A stretch of DNA of 63,566 nt, filler included, from Craspedostauros australis (lineage: Eukaryota): NCBI GenBank assembly GCA_030167865.1. It is 7 parts of 7 records of this genome, joined end to end, with 100 filler letters (N's around TTAATTAATTAA, not from the genome) between each part and the next. Parts side by side here need not be neighbours in the genome. Positions count along the whole stretch, not along the records: positions 46,313 to 51,812 come from JALAGF010005974.1; positions 51,913 to 57,754 come from JALAGF010005975.1; 5 more parts are not named here. One strand, given 5' to 3'. Shown one piece after another: positions 46,564 to 57,854 of the stretch. Made by a program: the position numbers and the translations under genes. The notes below the pieces were generated by a model. That model did not search any database, was not told the origin of the DNA, and worked only from the letters and a program-made list of their open reading frames with translations. Numbering within the stretch: position 1 is the first letter of the stretch; the number at the start of each line of letters is the position of its first letter.

Positions 46564-47865
46564 TTAAGATGTGCAGGCTGGGCAGGAGCTGCCGGACGCG
46601 ACGGTAAAAACGGCAGTGAGAGGCGTGCAGGCGTTGGGGGCCTCAAAATTGTAGTAGCAGTAGCTGCATCCGGAGTATTTGGCAACAGGCGTGTCGTTGC
46701 ACACGCCATCGGAGAGGTTGATGTCGGCACTCCAGTAGAACTGGTATCCCAAGTATCGGCAAGAGTAGGCTGGAACGCAGGTGCCATCGCCAATCATGGT
46801 GGATCCCTCGAACTGGTTGTATGGGGTGGCCGGGTCGACATAAGTGTTACTGACGTGGGAGTTGACGTACGAACACGAGAAGTTGTTGGTGCAGGATCCG
46901 GCCCCGACGATGGTGTCGGAGACACGCTTGTTGTCGGTGGTGCCGTTGCCCTGGTCTGGTGTGATGTTGGCGTAGGATGCTGGTCCAGCACCCATGGCGG
47001 CGCAGCCGAGGGTTCCCTTGCAGGAACCTGCTCCGATGATGGCATCACCGTTGGCCTGCTGGGCGAAGGCGTAGCACGACATGTCTCCCGTGCAGGATCC
47101 TGGGGCCACAATAGAGGCCTTCTTGGATCCGGAGTTGAAGTTGAAGTATGCGCATGCTTTGTCATCGTTGGCCCCGGTGCCGCTGATGCAGGATCCCTGG
47201 AAGATGATGGACTGGGTCTCGATGCTTTTGCAAGCCTCCTTTCCGACGCAGCTGTTGGATGCGATGGAGGCGATGCCCACCCAAGAGCAAGCGTCGGTTC
47301 CGGTGCAGCAGGTGCGTCCCGCTTCGGCGCACCAGGCCATGGCTTTGGCGGCGGTTCCGGTGAACATATCTCCGTCAGCAGCGGCTCCGGCAGTGAATGC
47401 CTCGAAGACACCGGTCTTTCCGCTGATGTCATTGAAGAGGGCGACACCGGCGGCGGTGCTGGCTTGGCTGGCGAAGATCTCGAGGAGGTCGGCCTCTTTC
47501 TTGATGACCGCGAGGAGAGCAACTCCGGTGGCAGTGCTTGGTGTTCCGAGCGCGGCCAGGAAGGCGGCAGGGGTCATGTCGCTGTCCTTGGCCTTCTTGT
47601 TCTTCATGCCGTTGGCCTTGTCAGACTTGGGGTCGGAAGAAACGGGTGGCTTGGTGTCATCCTTGAGGCGGCGGAGCTTCTTGGTGACGCCGGTGACCTC
47701 CTCGATCTTTTTCTCATTGTTTCCGTAGTAAGTCCAGGAGAGCTTGCTGTTTCCGGCGACCTTTTCTTCCTTGTTGGCTGGGATGCGGAGGTTGGCGGCA
47801 CCATCATCAGCGGTGGCGGTGGTGGCGATGTGAGCCAAGATGAGGGAGCTGGTTGCGAACTTCAT
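46564..47865 (-). CDS. Secreted cysteine-rich repeat protein
   Basis: Signal peptide MKFATSSLILAHIATTATA, an RRL processing motif, then about 7 repeats of (I/V)xxGSCxGxxxC. Confidence 0.8.
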   Translation of the reverse strand: MKFATSSLILAHIATTATADDGAANLRIPANKEEKVAGNSKLSWTYYGNNEKKIEEVTGVTKKLRRLKDDTKPPVSSDPKSDKANGMKNKKAKDSDMTPAAFLAALGTPSTATGVALLAVIKKEADLLEIFASQASTAAGVALFNDISGKTGVFEAFTAGAAADGDMFTGTAAKAMAWCAEAGRTCCTGTDACSWVGIASIASNSCVGKEACKSIETQSIIFQGSCISGTGANDDKACAYFNFNSGSKKASIVAPGSCTGDMSCYAFAQQANGDAIIGAGSCKGTLGCAAMGAGPASYANITPDQGNGTTDNKRVSDTIVGAGSCTNNFSCSYVNSHVSNTYVDPATPYNQFEGSTMIGDGTCVPAYSCRYLGYQFYWSADINLSDGVCNDTPVAKYSGCSYCYYNFEAPNACTPLTAVFTVASGSSCPACTS

Positions 47866-50800
47866 TGTGTTGGTTTGGTTTGGTTGGTTTTGTGAAGGTT
47901 CGGACGTTGGTGTCTGTTCGTTCGTATAATAGTTCACGGTCGCAGTGCCACCGTCGCCACATGCACAAAAATGTGCAGAGATGGATAGGGAGATAGAGAG
48001 ACAGAGATGGCAAGGTTGGTGTGAGAAATGGAGAATTGGGAATGAGAGAGTTCCGACACAGAGAGGGAATGTGACATCTTGTGGTGCGACTGTTTTCCAC
48101 ACAACATGATCGGTTCGCCTCGCCGCGCTCGCCGTTGCGTGCTATCGTGCTCCCTTCACAGGCAGTATTTCGACTTCACTCTGTCTACAGCACATGGTGA
48201 GCTGGCAGCGAAGCACAGGAAGGCTGCTCCAAGACCATCGCACGAGAAATCATCGCAGACTTCTTGCCGACGGAGGTGCGCATNNNNNNNNNNNNNNNNN
48301 NNNNNNNNNNNNNNNNNNNNNNNNNNNNNNNNNTTTGTGAAGGTTCGGACGTTGATGTCTGTTCGTTCGTATAATAGTTCACGGTCGCAGTGCCACCGTC
48401 GCCACATGCACAATAATATGCAGAGATGGATAGGGAGATAGAGAGACAGAGATGGCAAGGTTGGTGTGAGAAATGGAGAATTGGGAATGGGAGAGTTCCG
48501 ACACAGAGAGGGAATGTGACATCTTGTGGTGCGACTGGTTTCCGCACAACATGATCGGTTCGCCTCGCCGCGCTCGCCGTTGCGTGCTATCGTGCTCCCT
48601 TCACAGGCAGTAATTCGACTTCACTCTGTCTACAGCACATGGTGAGTTGGCAGCGAAGCACAGGAAGGCTGCTCCAAGACCATCGCACGAGAAATCATCG
48701 CAGACTTCTTGCCGACGGAGGTGCGCATCGCGGTGGCGAGGCGACGAAAGGCGGAAAGATCACCACGGGCGCTGCTCCATGGCTTCGCCAAACCAAGCAT
48801 CACGTTGGTCCTTGGTGCCCCTCATCACTATGGTCTGCGCAGCGATTGTCTGCGCCACCGTGTGGACGTCTGCGATGTTGAAGTCGAACTGCCATGGCCG
48901 TGCTGCCGTTGCCGCCGCCACCGCCATGGTGGTTGTGTTTGTCATTGGAATGGCAACTTGCTTCAGCCGCGATGGCAACGGTAGTCACTGTCGGGGGTGG
49001 AGAGTGCTGCATGTCTTCTTACCTTTTGTTTGTTGTGCAGCTGGTTGTGGTTGCTTGTCGGTTTGGATTGTGAGATGATCAAGTTTTGTGAGAGGAAGAG
49101 GCCGCTCGTGGATGTCTTTGTGTTTGCTTGTGCTTGTGCTTGTGCTCTTTGTCGCGACGATGTGCGAAGCAGCAGTCAAGTCAGAGCTACCAACAAGGTG
49201 GGGAAGATGTGCAGTCGAGTACTGCTCGATGCGTTGTGGAGTGCTGTGTGGTGTGGTATTGTCCTTCCACTAGTGGGTTGACGAAAGACGCGGTGGGGGA
49301 CCACCATCGCCATATTCCTTTCGCGGTGGCAAACGATTGCCCCAAATTTACGATTGCGTGAGTTTGCGCCTCGCACGTGGTCCTCGCCACAATTTCAGCG
49401 GCACACGTGCAGAGAGAACACAAAACGAGAGCACGAAACCAAATTGACGCTGGCGTTGACAAAATCCCGCGGGTGGATCCGAACACATGAAAACACAACT
49501 ATGGAGGGCTTAGGCAGACCACCGGACAAGGTAACGGAATCAAATGTCGCATTTGGCCAGTCTGATCGCCAAATTCGTCATTTCATGCTTGTAGCGCGTA
49601 AAAAACCACTCTTGGGAAGCGCGTCTGAGATTGGTCGCGCCTCTTTTCTGTTCAATTGGTCCTTGAACGCTGATTGGCCTGTCAAAATAGCGCCTCCGAT
49701 GTCGCAGAGAGAATTTCGGGGATTCAATCGGACGTACTGAAGCGAGAGAAGATCATCGTTGGCCGTTCCGGCTTGACCTTCTTCATCACTTCTCCGTTCG
49801 GACATGTTTACACTTAACACGAGACACGGAGTCTAGTCATGAAGGTGTCGCTTGGGACACCAAGATGCCACAACTCCGACCATTCCGCTCGAACGAAGCC
49901 CGCCATCTGGCCCATGCCTGCGCAAGCCCAAGCGATGCACGTGTGACGAAGGAACTTTGTGTTTACTGACCATGCGCTCTGGAAAATTTGGCGGCCTGAG
50001 ACATACTACTATCATTCATAGAACAAAGGCTCCCATGCTCGTCTGGCTTCCGCCTTGGATGACGATCGTGTGGGGGCGCGTTTGTGCCGAAAGTCGGCGG
50101 CATCGTCTCTCCTCGACTCCTCAACCAATTTGACCACGACGCCATCGATGGAACGAAGATACGCGCCTGGGGACTTCGATGCTCAACTGCACGTCTGTGA
50201 TGTGGTGTGGCGCGACCTTTTGTTCAGCAGAGGACAATCTCATCGGACATTCCGTGGACGAGCCATCACATCCGAGAGGGAACGATGGCAGACGCAACTC
50301 CGTCGGCAGTATGACTCAGAAGCGATTCAGATCGCTTCCACACATGATGCAAAATCCATAGGACCCACGTCAGCCAATGACCGTACGACCGCGGCAGGAT
50401 TCTGAAAAATGGGCTCCGATGGAGACTAAAATTTAACCCTATATACTTTAACACATTGGTAATAAGGACCAGGTTCTAGACAGTGAGTCCGGGCCTTGGT
50501 TATAAAGTTATGATGGCGTCAGCCTAGCGTTTTAGAGGCAAAACGTGATGCAAGCGGCCAGATTTCGCTTTTTCGGAGCTCCTGTCACGACACGTGGCAC
50601 CCATTTCTATCTGATTTTCGCTTTCTTTGTGTTTTGCTTGGTGGGAAGCTCGATTTGGAACAAAATGACGTGCTCATTTCGATGTTAGTTCGAGTCGAAA
50701 CTGTGATGACGTGGTTCTTCTTGTCGTTAAGTGCATGGCAACGTCGCATGTTCCCTGTTGAGTGACATCGTCAAGTTCACGAGTGGTTGGACAGACTTTT

Positions 50801-51912
50801 TATTTGATATCTTCGTCCCACCTGGTTCAGATCGATGCTGATTCTCACGGTCTTCTGGGTCGCAGAAGCGTGTGCTCGCCAATTCGTCTCGAAAGTGCAT
50901 TTGGGACACTCGTCGTGCGATGAAAATGAAATCCACCGTATTTGCGTTTTTGCATCACGTGTCGCCACACAACACGGCAGAGAGTCTTTCGTTGCTCATG
51001 CGATCCTTTTGCGCTGGTTCGATTCTCGCTTTGTTCTCCGTTCTGCACTGCGCGTTGTTGTTGAGTGACCTTGTGTCATACTCCTCTACATCCATCACAA
51101 CATCATGTGCACTGCATACTCTACACACACCCTGCTATTCTACTCTGTATGATGTTGCTTTTCTGCATAATAGATCTGGATTGTTTGCCAACTGCTATTT
51201 TTGTTATTCTAACATGACGTGCACAATCACCTTCATCACTGATGTTGGAAATCCGGGGTTAGGTAGTAGATTAATCTGTTATCAATCTGTACCAATTTAG
51301 AACTGTGAGAACAAACTCCTTGACTCTCCAATTCCAATTCAGCAGCAAGTGTAATCTGTAGCAGTTCACCATGATCATGCACTTGTCCATGGTTGCTTCC
51401 ATCTGCTTCATCAGCTTGCTCTCATGCTCTCTTCTGCAGATTCATCATGCATTCCCGTGGTGATTGCATCTTCTACATTCGAGCAGCATCTCTCATAGAC
51501 GCACAGGTACCTTCAGCATGGGTCTCAGTCTGATCGATCCCACTTGACCTTCGGTTCCTCAGTATTCCTCCTGCGCCATCATCACATACTCACCGGTCAT
51601 GTTCGTTCCATGTCGCGTCGTCAATCGTGCTCTTGAGCGGATAGGGGCATCGCTTCCGTTTCTCTTTCTCAAAGAAGCGATCCCTTGTCCGTCGATGTGC
51701 ATCGACATGTCTGATATATATCGACAGTTTCGCCCATAGTCTTGGCTCATGTGCGAATACATCCCTAGAGGTCGACCCATAGGTTCGCCCTCATCACAGC
51801 GGTGGTACATGGNNNNNNNNNNNNNNNNNNNNNNNNNNNNNNNNNNNNNNNNNNNNTTAATTAATTAANNNNNNNNNNNNNNNNNNNNNNNNNNNNNNNN
51901 NNNNNNNNNNNN

Positions 51913-54900
51913 AACTTCTGGACCAACCAGCGGACCAACTCCACAGCCAACATCCCAGCCAACAGCCAGTGCTGCACCAACCAACTGCGTTGATCCGGAT
52001 GGCGCCAAGCTCGTCGAATCCACTGATCCTTCCTACACTGCCGACCCCAAGCCAATCATCCTCACATTCGAGAGCGACGATGCAACACTGGTCGAATTCG
52101 ACTTCGTTCAGAACATCATCAACGGAGTCATCCCTCATGTCTTCATCAAGTACCGCAAGTCTGAGACTGGTATGAAGGAATGCGCTGAGTTTACAAATGT
52201 CGGAGAGAACACTCCAATCTCACTTTCTGCCGAGTGTGTGGACATGTCCACGAATGTGGTGATCTACATCTACACTGGCGATGACTTTGTCAGTGAGAAC
52301 TGCGAGGCATGCAGCCTTCCAAGTGATGACAGCGAAGGCGGCTCAGGCAATCCAGACAGCTTTGCTGCGTACTACTTCGATGTTCCATGCAACACCGAGT
52401 GTATTGAGCCAACTGCAGCCCCAACTTCGGCGCCGACCTCTGGACCAACCTCTGGTCCAACATCCGGACCAACTTCAGGACCAACATCTGGACCAACTTC
52501 CGGCCCAACTAGCGGACCGACTTCAGGTCCAACTTCGGGACCAACTTCTGGGCCAACTAGCGGCCCAACTAGCGGACCAACATCTGAACCTACCTCTGGA
52601 CCAACTTCAGGACCAACATCTGGACCAACTAGCGGCCCAACTAGCGGCCCAACTTCTGGACCAACTTCTGGGCCAACCAGCGGACCAACATCAGGACCAA
52701 CTTCCGGCCCAACATCTGGACCTACTTCGGGACCAACATCTGGACCAACCAGTGGACCAACATCCGGCCCAACATCTGGCCCAACTAGCGGACCAACGTC
52801 TGGACCAACTAGCGGCCCAACTTCGGGACCAACTTCTGGGCCAACCAGCGGCCCAACCAGCGGACCTACCAGTGGCCCAACTTCAGGACCAACTTCAGGA
52901 CCTACCAGCGGACCAACTTCTGGACCAACTTCCGGCCCAACATCTGGCCCAACCAGTGGACCAACTAGCGGGCCTACCAGCGGACCAACTTTTGGACCAA
53001 CCTCGGGACCGACATCCGGGCCAACGAGCGGACCAACCAGCGGACCCACATCTGGACCAACATCTGGACCAACTTCCGGCCCAACCAGTGGACCAACATC
53101 TGGACCAACGTCTGGACCAACGTCTGGACCAACGTCTGGACCAACCAGCGGACCAACATCTGGACCAACCTCCGGACCAACATCTGGGCCAACATCTGGA
53201 CCCACATCTGGACCAACCTCTGGCCCAACCAGCGGACCAACTTCAGGCCCGACATCTGGACCAACTTCGGGACCTACTTCCGGACCTACTTCAGGCCCAA
53301 CCAGCGGACCCACATCTGGACCAACTAGCGGACCAACTAGCGGACCAACATCTGGGCCAACCTCCGGACCTACTTCAGGCCCCACCAGCGGACCAACCAG
53401 CGGACCAACATCTGGGCCAACATCCGGCCCAACTAGTGGACCCACATCCGGACCAACCTCTGGACCTACTTCCGGACCTACTTCCGGACCAACATCTGGA
53501 CCAACATCTGGACCTACTTCGGGACCTACTTCCGGCCCAACTAGCGGACCAACCTCTGGCCCAACCTCCGGACCTACTTCGGCACCAACTAGTGGCCCAA
53601 CATCTGGACCAACCTCTGGGCCAACCTCTGGACCAACTAGCGGACCGACTAGCGGACCAACCTCGGGACCAACATCTGGACCAACCAGCGGACCAACCTC
53701 TGGCCCAACATCTGGACCTACCAGCGGACCTACTTCAGGACCAACTTCAGGCCCAACTAGTGGACCAACCAGCGGCCCAACATCTGGACCAACCAGCGGA
53801 CCTACCAGCGGACCAACTAGCGACCCAACATCCGGACCAACATCCGGCCCAACAAGCGGACCAACCAGCGGACCAACATCCGGCCCCACCTCTGGACCAA
53901 CTAGCGGCCCAACTTCGGGACCAACCTCCGGACCAACCAGTGGCCCAACGTCCGGCCCAACTAGCGGACCAACGTCGGGACCAACCAGCGGACCAACCTC
54001 AGGACCAACCTCAGGACCAACGAGCGGCCCAACTTCCGGCCCAACTTCTGGACCAACTTCGGGACCAACCAGCGGACCTACTTCAGGCCCAACCAGCGGC
54101 CCAACTAGCGGACCAACTTCTGGGCCAACCAGCGGACCAACATCGGGCCCCACTTCTGGACCCACCAGTGGACCAACATCCGGACCAACTTCTGGACCAA
54201 CCAGTGGGCCAACCAGTGGGCCAACAAGCGGACCAACCAGTGGACCAACATCCGGCCCAACATCTGGACCAACATCTGGACCAACATCTGGACCAACATC
54301 CGGACCAACTCCACAGCCAACATCCCAGCCAACAGCCAGTGCTGCACCAACCAACTGCGTTGATCCAGATGGCGCCAAGCTCGTCGAATCCACCGATCCT
54401 TCCTACACTGCCGACCCCAAGCCAATCATCCTCACATTCGAGAGCGATGATGCAACACTGGTCGAATTCGACTTCGTTCAGAACATCATCAACGGAGTCA
54501 TTCCTCATGTCTTCATCAAGTACCACAAGTCTNNNNNNNNNNNNNNNNNNNNNNNNNNNNNNNNNNNNNNNNNNNNNNNNNNTCCAGATGGCGCCAAGCT
54601 CGTCGAATCCACCGATCCTTCCTACACTGCCGACCCCAAGCCAATCATCCTCACATTCGAGAGCGACGATGCAACACTGGTCGAATTCGACTTCGTTCAG
54701 AACATCATCAACGGAGTCATTCCTCATGTCTTCATCAAGTACCACAAGTCTGAGACTGGTATGAAGGAATGCGCTGAGTTTACAAATGTCGGAGAGAACA
54801 CTCCAATCTCACTTTCTGCCGAGTGTGTGGACATGTCCACGAATGTGGTGATCTACATCTACACTGGCGATGACTTTGCCAGTGAGAACTGTGAGGCATG

Positions 54901-57754
54901 CAGCCTTCCAAGTGATGACGGCGAAGGTGGCTCAGGCAATCCAGACAGCTTTGCTGCGTACTACTTCGATGTTCCATGCAACACCGAGTGTATTGAACCA
55001 ACTGCAGCCCCAACTTCGGCGCCAACCAGCGGACCAACTTCTGGACCTACTAGCGGACCAACCTCTGGCCCAACATCTGGACCAACTTCTGGACCAACTT
55101 CCGGACCAACCAGTGGACCAACTAGCGGGCCGACTTCCGGACCAACAAGCGGACCAACCTCTGGACCTACTTCGGGCCCAACATCTGGACCTACCAGCGG
55201 ACCTACCAGCGGCCCAACCAGTGGCCCAACGTCTGGACCAACCAGTGGACCAACGTCTGGACCAACCAGTGGACCAACCAGTGGACCAACCAGTGGACCA
55301 ACCAGTGGACCAACCAGTGGACCAACCAGTGGACCTACTTCGGGCCCAACATCTGGACCTACCAGCGGACCAACCAGCGGCCCAACCAGTGGCCCAACTT
55401 CCGGACCAACGTCTGGACCAACGTCTGGACCAACCTCTGGACCAACTAGCGGCCCAACCTCAGGACCTACTTCTGGACCCACCAGCGGCCCAACTAGTGG
55501 ACCAACCTCGGGACCAACATCTGGACCAACGTCTGGACCAACATCTGGACCAACCAGTGAACCTACTGCGGGACCAACATCCGGACCAACGTCAGGACCT
55601 ACTTCAGGCCCAACTTCCGGACCAACCTCTGGACCAACTAGCGGGCCGACTTNNNNNNNNNNNNNNNNNNNNNNNNNNNNNNNNNNNNNNNNNNNNNNNN
55701 NNCGGCGAAGGCGGCTCAGGCAATCCAGACAGCTTTGCTGCGTACTACTTCGATGTTCCATGCAACACCGAGTGTATCGAACCAACGGCTGCCCCAACTT
55801 CGGCGCCAACCAGCGGACCAACCTCTGGACCAACCAGTGGGCCAACCAGCGGACCCACCTCTGGCCCAACGTCTGGCCCAACTTCCGGGCCAACAAGCGG
55901 ACCAACATCTGGACCAACCAGCGGACCAACTAGCGGACCAACCTCCGGACCAACCAGTGGACCAACCAGCGGACCAACATCTGGACCAACTAGCGGACCA
56001 ACATCTGGACCAACTAGCGGACCAACATCTGGACCAACTAGCGGACCAACATCTGGACCGACCTCTGGACCAACCTCTGGGCCAACTAGCGGACCAACCA
56101 GCGGACCAACGTCTGGACCAACCAGCGGCCCAACTTCGGGACCAACTTCGGGCCCAACCAGCGGACCAACGAGCGGACCAACTAGTGGCCCAACTTCGGG
56201 ACCAACATCTGGACCAACCTCGGGACCAACTTCTGGACCAACTAGCGGACCTACTTCGGGCCCAACCTCTGGACCTACCAGCGGACCAACCAGTGGCCCA
56301 ACCAGTGGACCTACTTCTGGACCAACCAGCGGACCAACTAGCGGACCAACATCTGGCCCGACATCTGGACCTACCAGCGGACCTACTTCCGGACCAACCT
56401 CTGGACCAACCAGCGGCCCAACTAGCGGCCCAACATCTGGACCTACTTCAGGACCAACTTCCGGCCCAACTAGCGGACCAACCAGCGGACCAACATCCGG
56501 ACCAACCTCGGGACCAACATCCGGCCCAACATCTGGACCAACATCTGGACCAACATCTGCACCTACCAGCGGACCTACTTCTGGACCAACATCTGGACCA
56601 ACCAGCGGACCAACTTCAGGACCAACTTCAGGACCAACCAGCGGACCAACTTCAGGACCAACTTCAGGACCAACTAGCGGCCCAACTAGCGGCCCAACTA
56701 GCGGACCGACTTCAGGTCCAACATCAGGACCAACGTCCGGACCAACGTCCGGACCTACATCTGGGCCAACCAGCGGACCAACTTCTGGACCAACTAGCGG
56801 ACCAACTTCTGGACCAACCAGCGGACCTACATCCGGCCCAACTAGCGGACCAACATCTGGACCAACTAGCGGACCAACCAGTGGACCAACCTGGGGACCT
56901 ACTTCGGGACCAACCTCGGGACCAACCAGCGGACCAACAAGCGGCCCAACATCCGGACCAACATCCGGCCCCACCTCTGGACCAACTATCGGCCCAACTT
57001 CGGGACCAACCAGCGGACCAACCAGTGGCCCAACGTCCGGCCCAACTAGCGGCCCAACTTCTGGACCAACATCTGGACCAACAAGCGGCCCAACTTCCGG
57101 CCCAACTAGCGGACCAACCAGCGGACCAACTAGCGGGCCAACCTCGGGACCAACATCTGGGCCTACTTCCGGACCAACCAGCGGACCAACGTCGGGACCA
57201 ACCTCTGGACCAACATCTGGACCAACAAGCGGCCCAACTTCCGGCCCAACTAGCGGACCAACCAGTGGCCCAACTAGCGGACCAACGTCGGGACCAACCA
57301 GCGGACCAACCAGCGGACCAACGAGCGGACCAACCAGCGGACCAACATCCGGACCAACGAGCGGACCAACATCCGGCCCCACCTCTGGACCAACTAGCGG
57401 ACCAACCAGTGGCCCAACGTCCGGCCCAACTAGCGGACCAACGTCGGGACCAACCAGCGGACCAACCAGCGGACCAACNNNNNNNNNNNNNNNNNNNNNN
57501 NNNNNNNNNNNNNNNNNNNNNNNNNNNNNNNNNNNNNNNNNNNNNNNNNNNNNNNNNNNNNNNNNNNNNNNNNNNNNNNNNNNNNNNNNNNNNCCAACCA
57601 GCGGACCAACGTCGGGACCAACCTCTGGACCAACATCTGGACCAACAAGCGGCCCAACTTCCGGCCCAACAAGCGGACCAACCAGCGGACCAACCTCCGG
57701 CCCAACTTCTGGACCAACCAGCGGACCTACATCAGAACCAACCAGCGGCCCAAC
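51913..57754 (+). CDS. Internal fragment of a large mucin-like protein: alternating ~140-aa Cys-rich domains and (PTSG)n tracts
   Basis: The reading frame is open across the contig apart from gap-induced frame changes. Cys domain copies lie at about 51985-52410, 54355-55000 and 55703-55785 (partial). Neither start nor stop is in view. Confidence 0.88.
52435..57754 (+). repeat. 12-bp coding minisatellite CCN ACN (TCN/AGY) GGN in three tracts (about 52435-54310, 55022-55652, 55807-57754)
   Basis: Read directly. The first tract is about 1.9 kb, roughly 155 units. Confidence 0.95.
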
Positions 57755-57854
57755 NNNNNNNNNNNNNNNNNNNNNNNNNNNNNNNNNNNNNNNNNNNNTT
57801 AATTAATTAANNNNNNNNNNNNNNNNNNNNNNNNNNNNNNNNNNNNNNNNNNNN

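Noticed and set aside
47890..48727. About 390-bp tandem duplication of the region upstream of the Cys-rich gene
   Set aside because: The copies abut a 50-N gap and differ at about 8 sites. The same pattern occurs at other gaps, so unmerged haplotypes or overlap is more likely than a real duplication. Long reads are needed.
50433..50460. TTAACCCT / TTAACACATT motifs resembling piggyBac ends
   Set aside because: No matching inverted end or transposase was found, and the motifs are short enough to occur by chance.
52281..57810. Long alternative-frame and antisense ORFs (DQxx, GPxV repeats), and a possible CRISPR-like array
   Set aside because: These are by-products of a stop-free 12-bp coding repeat. 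There are no unique spacers and no cas genes.
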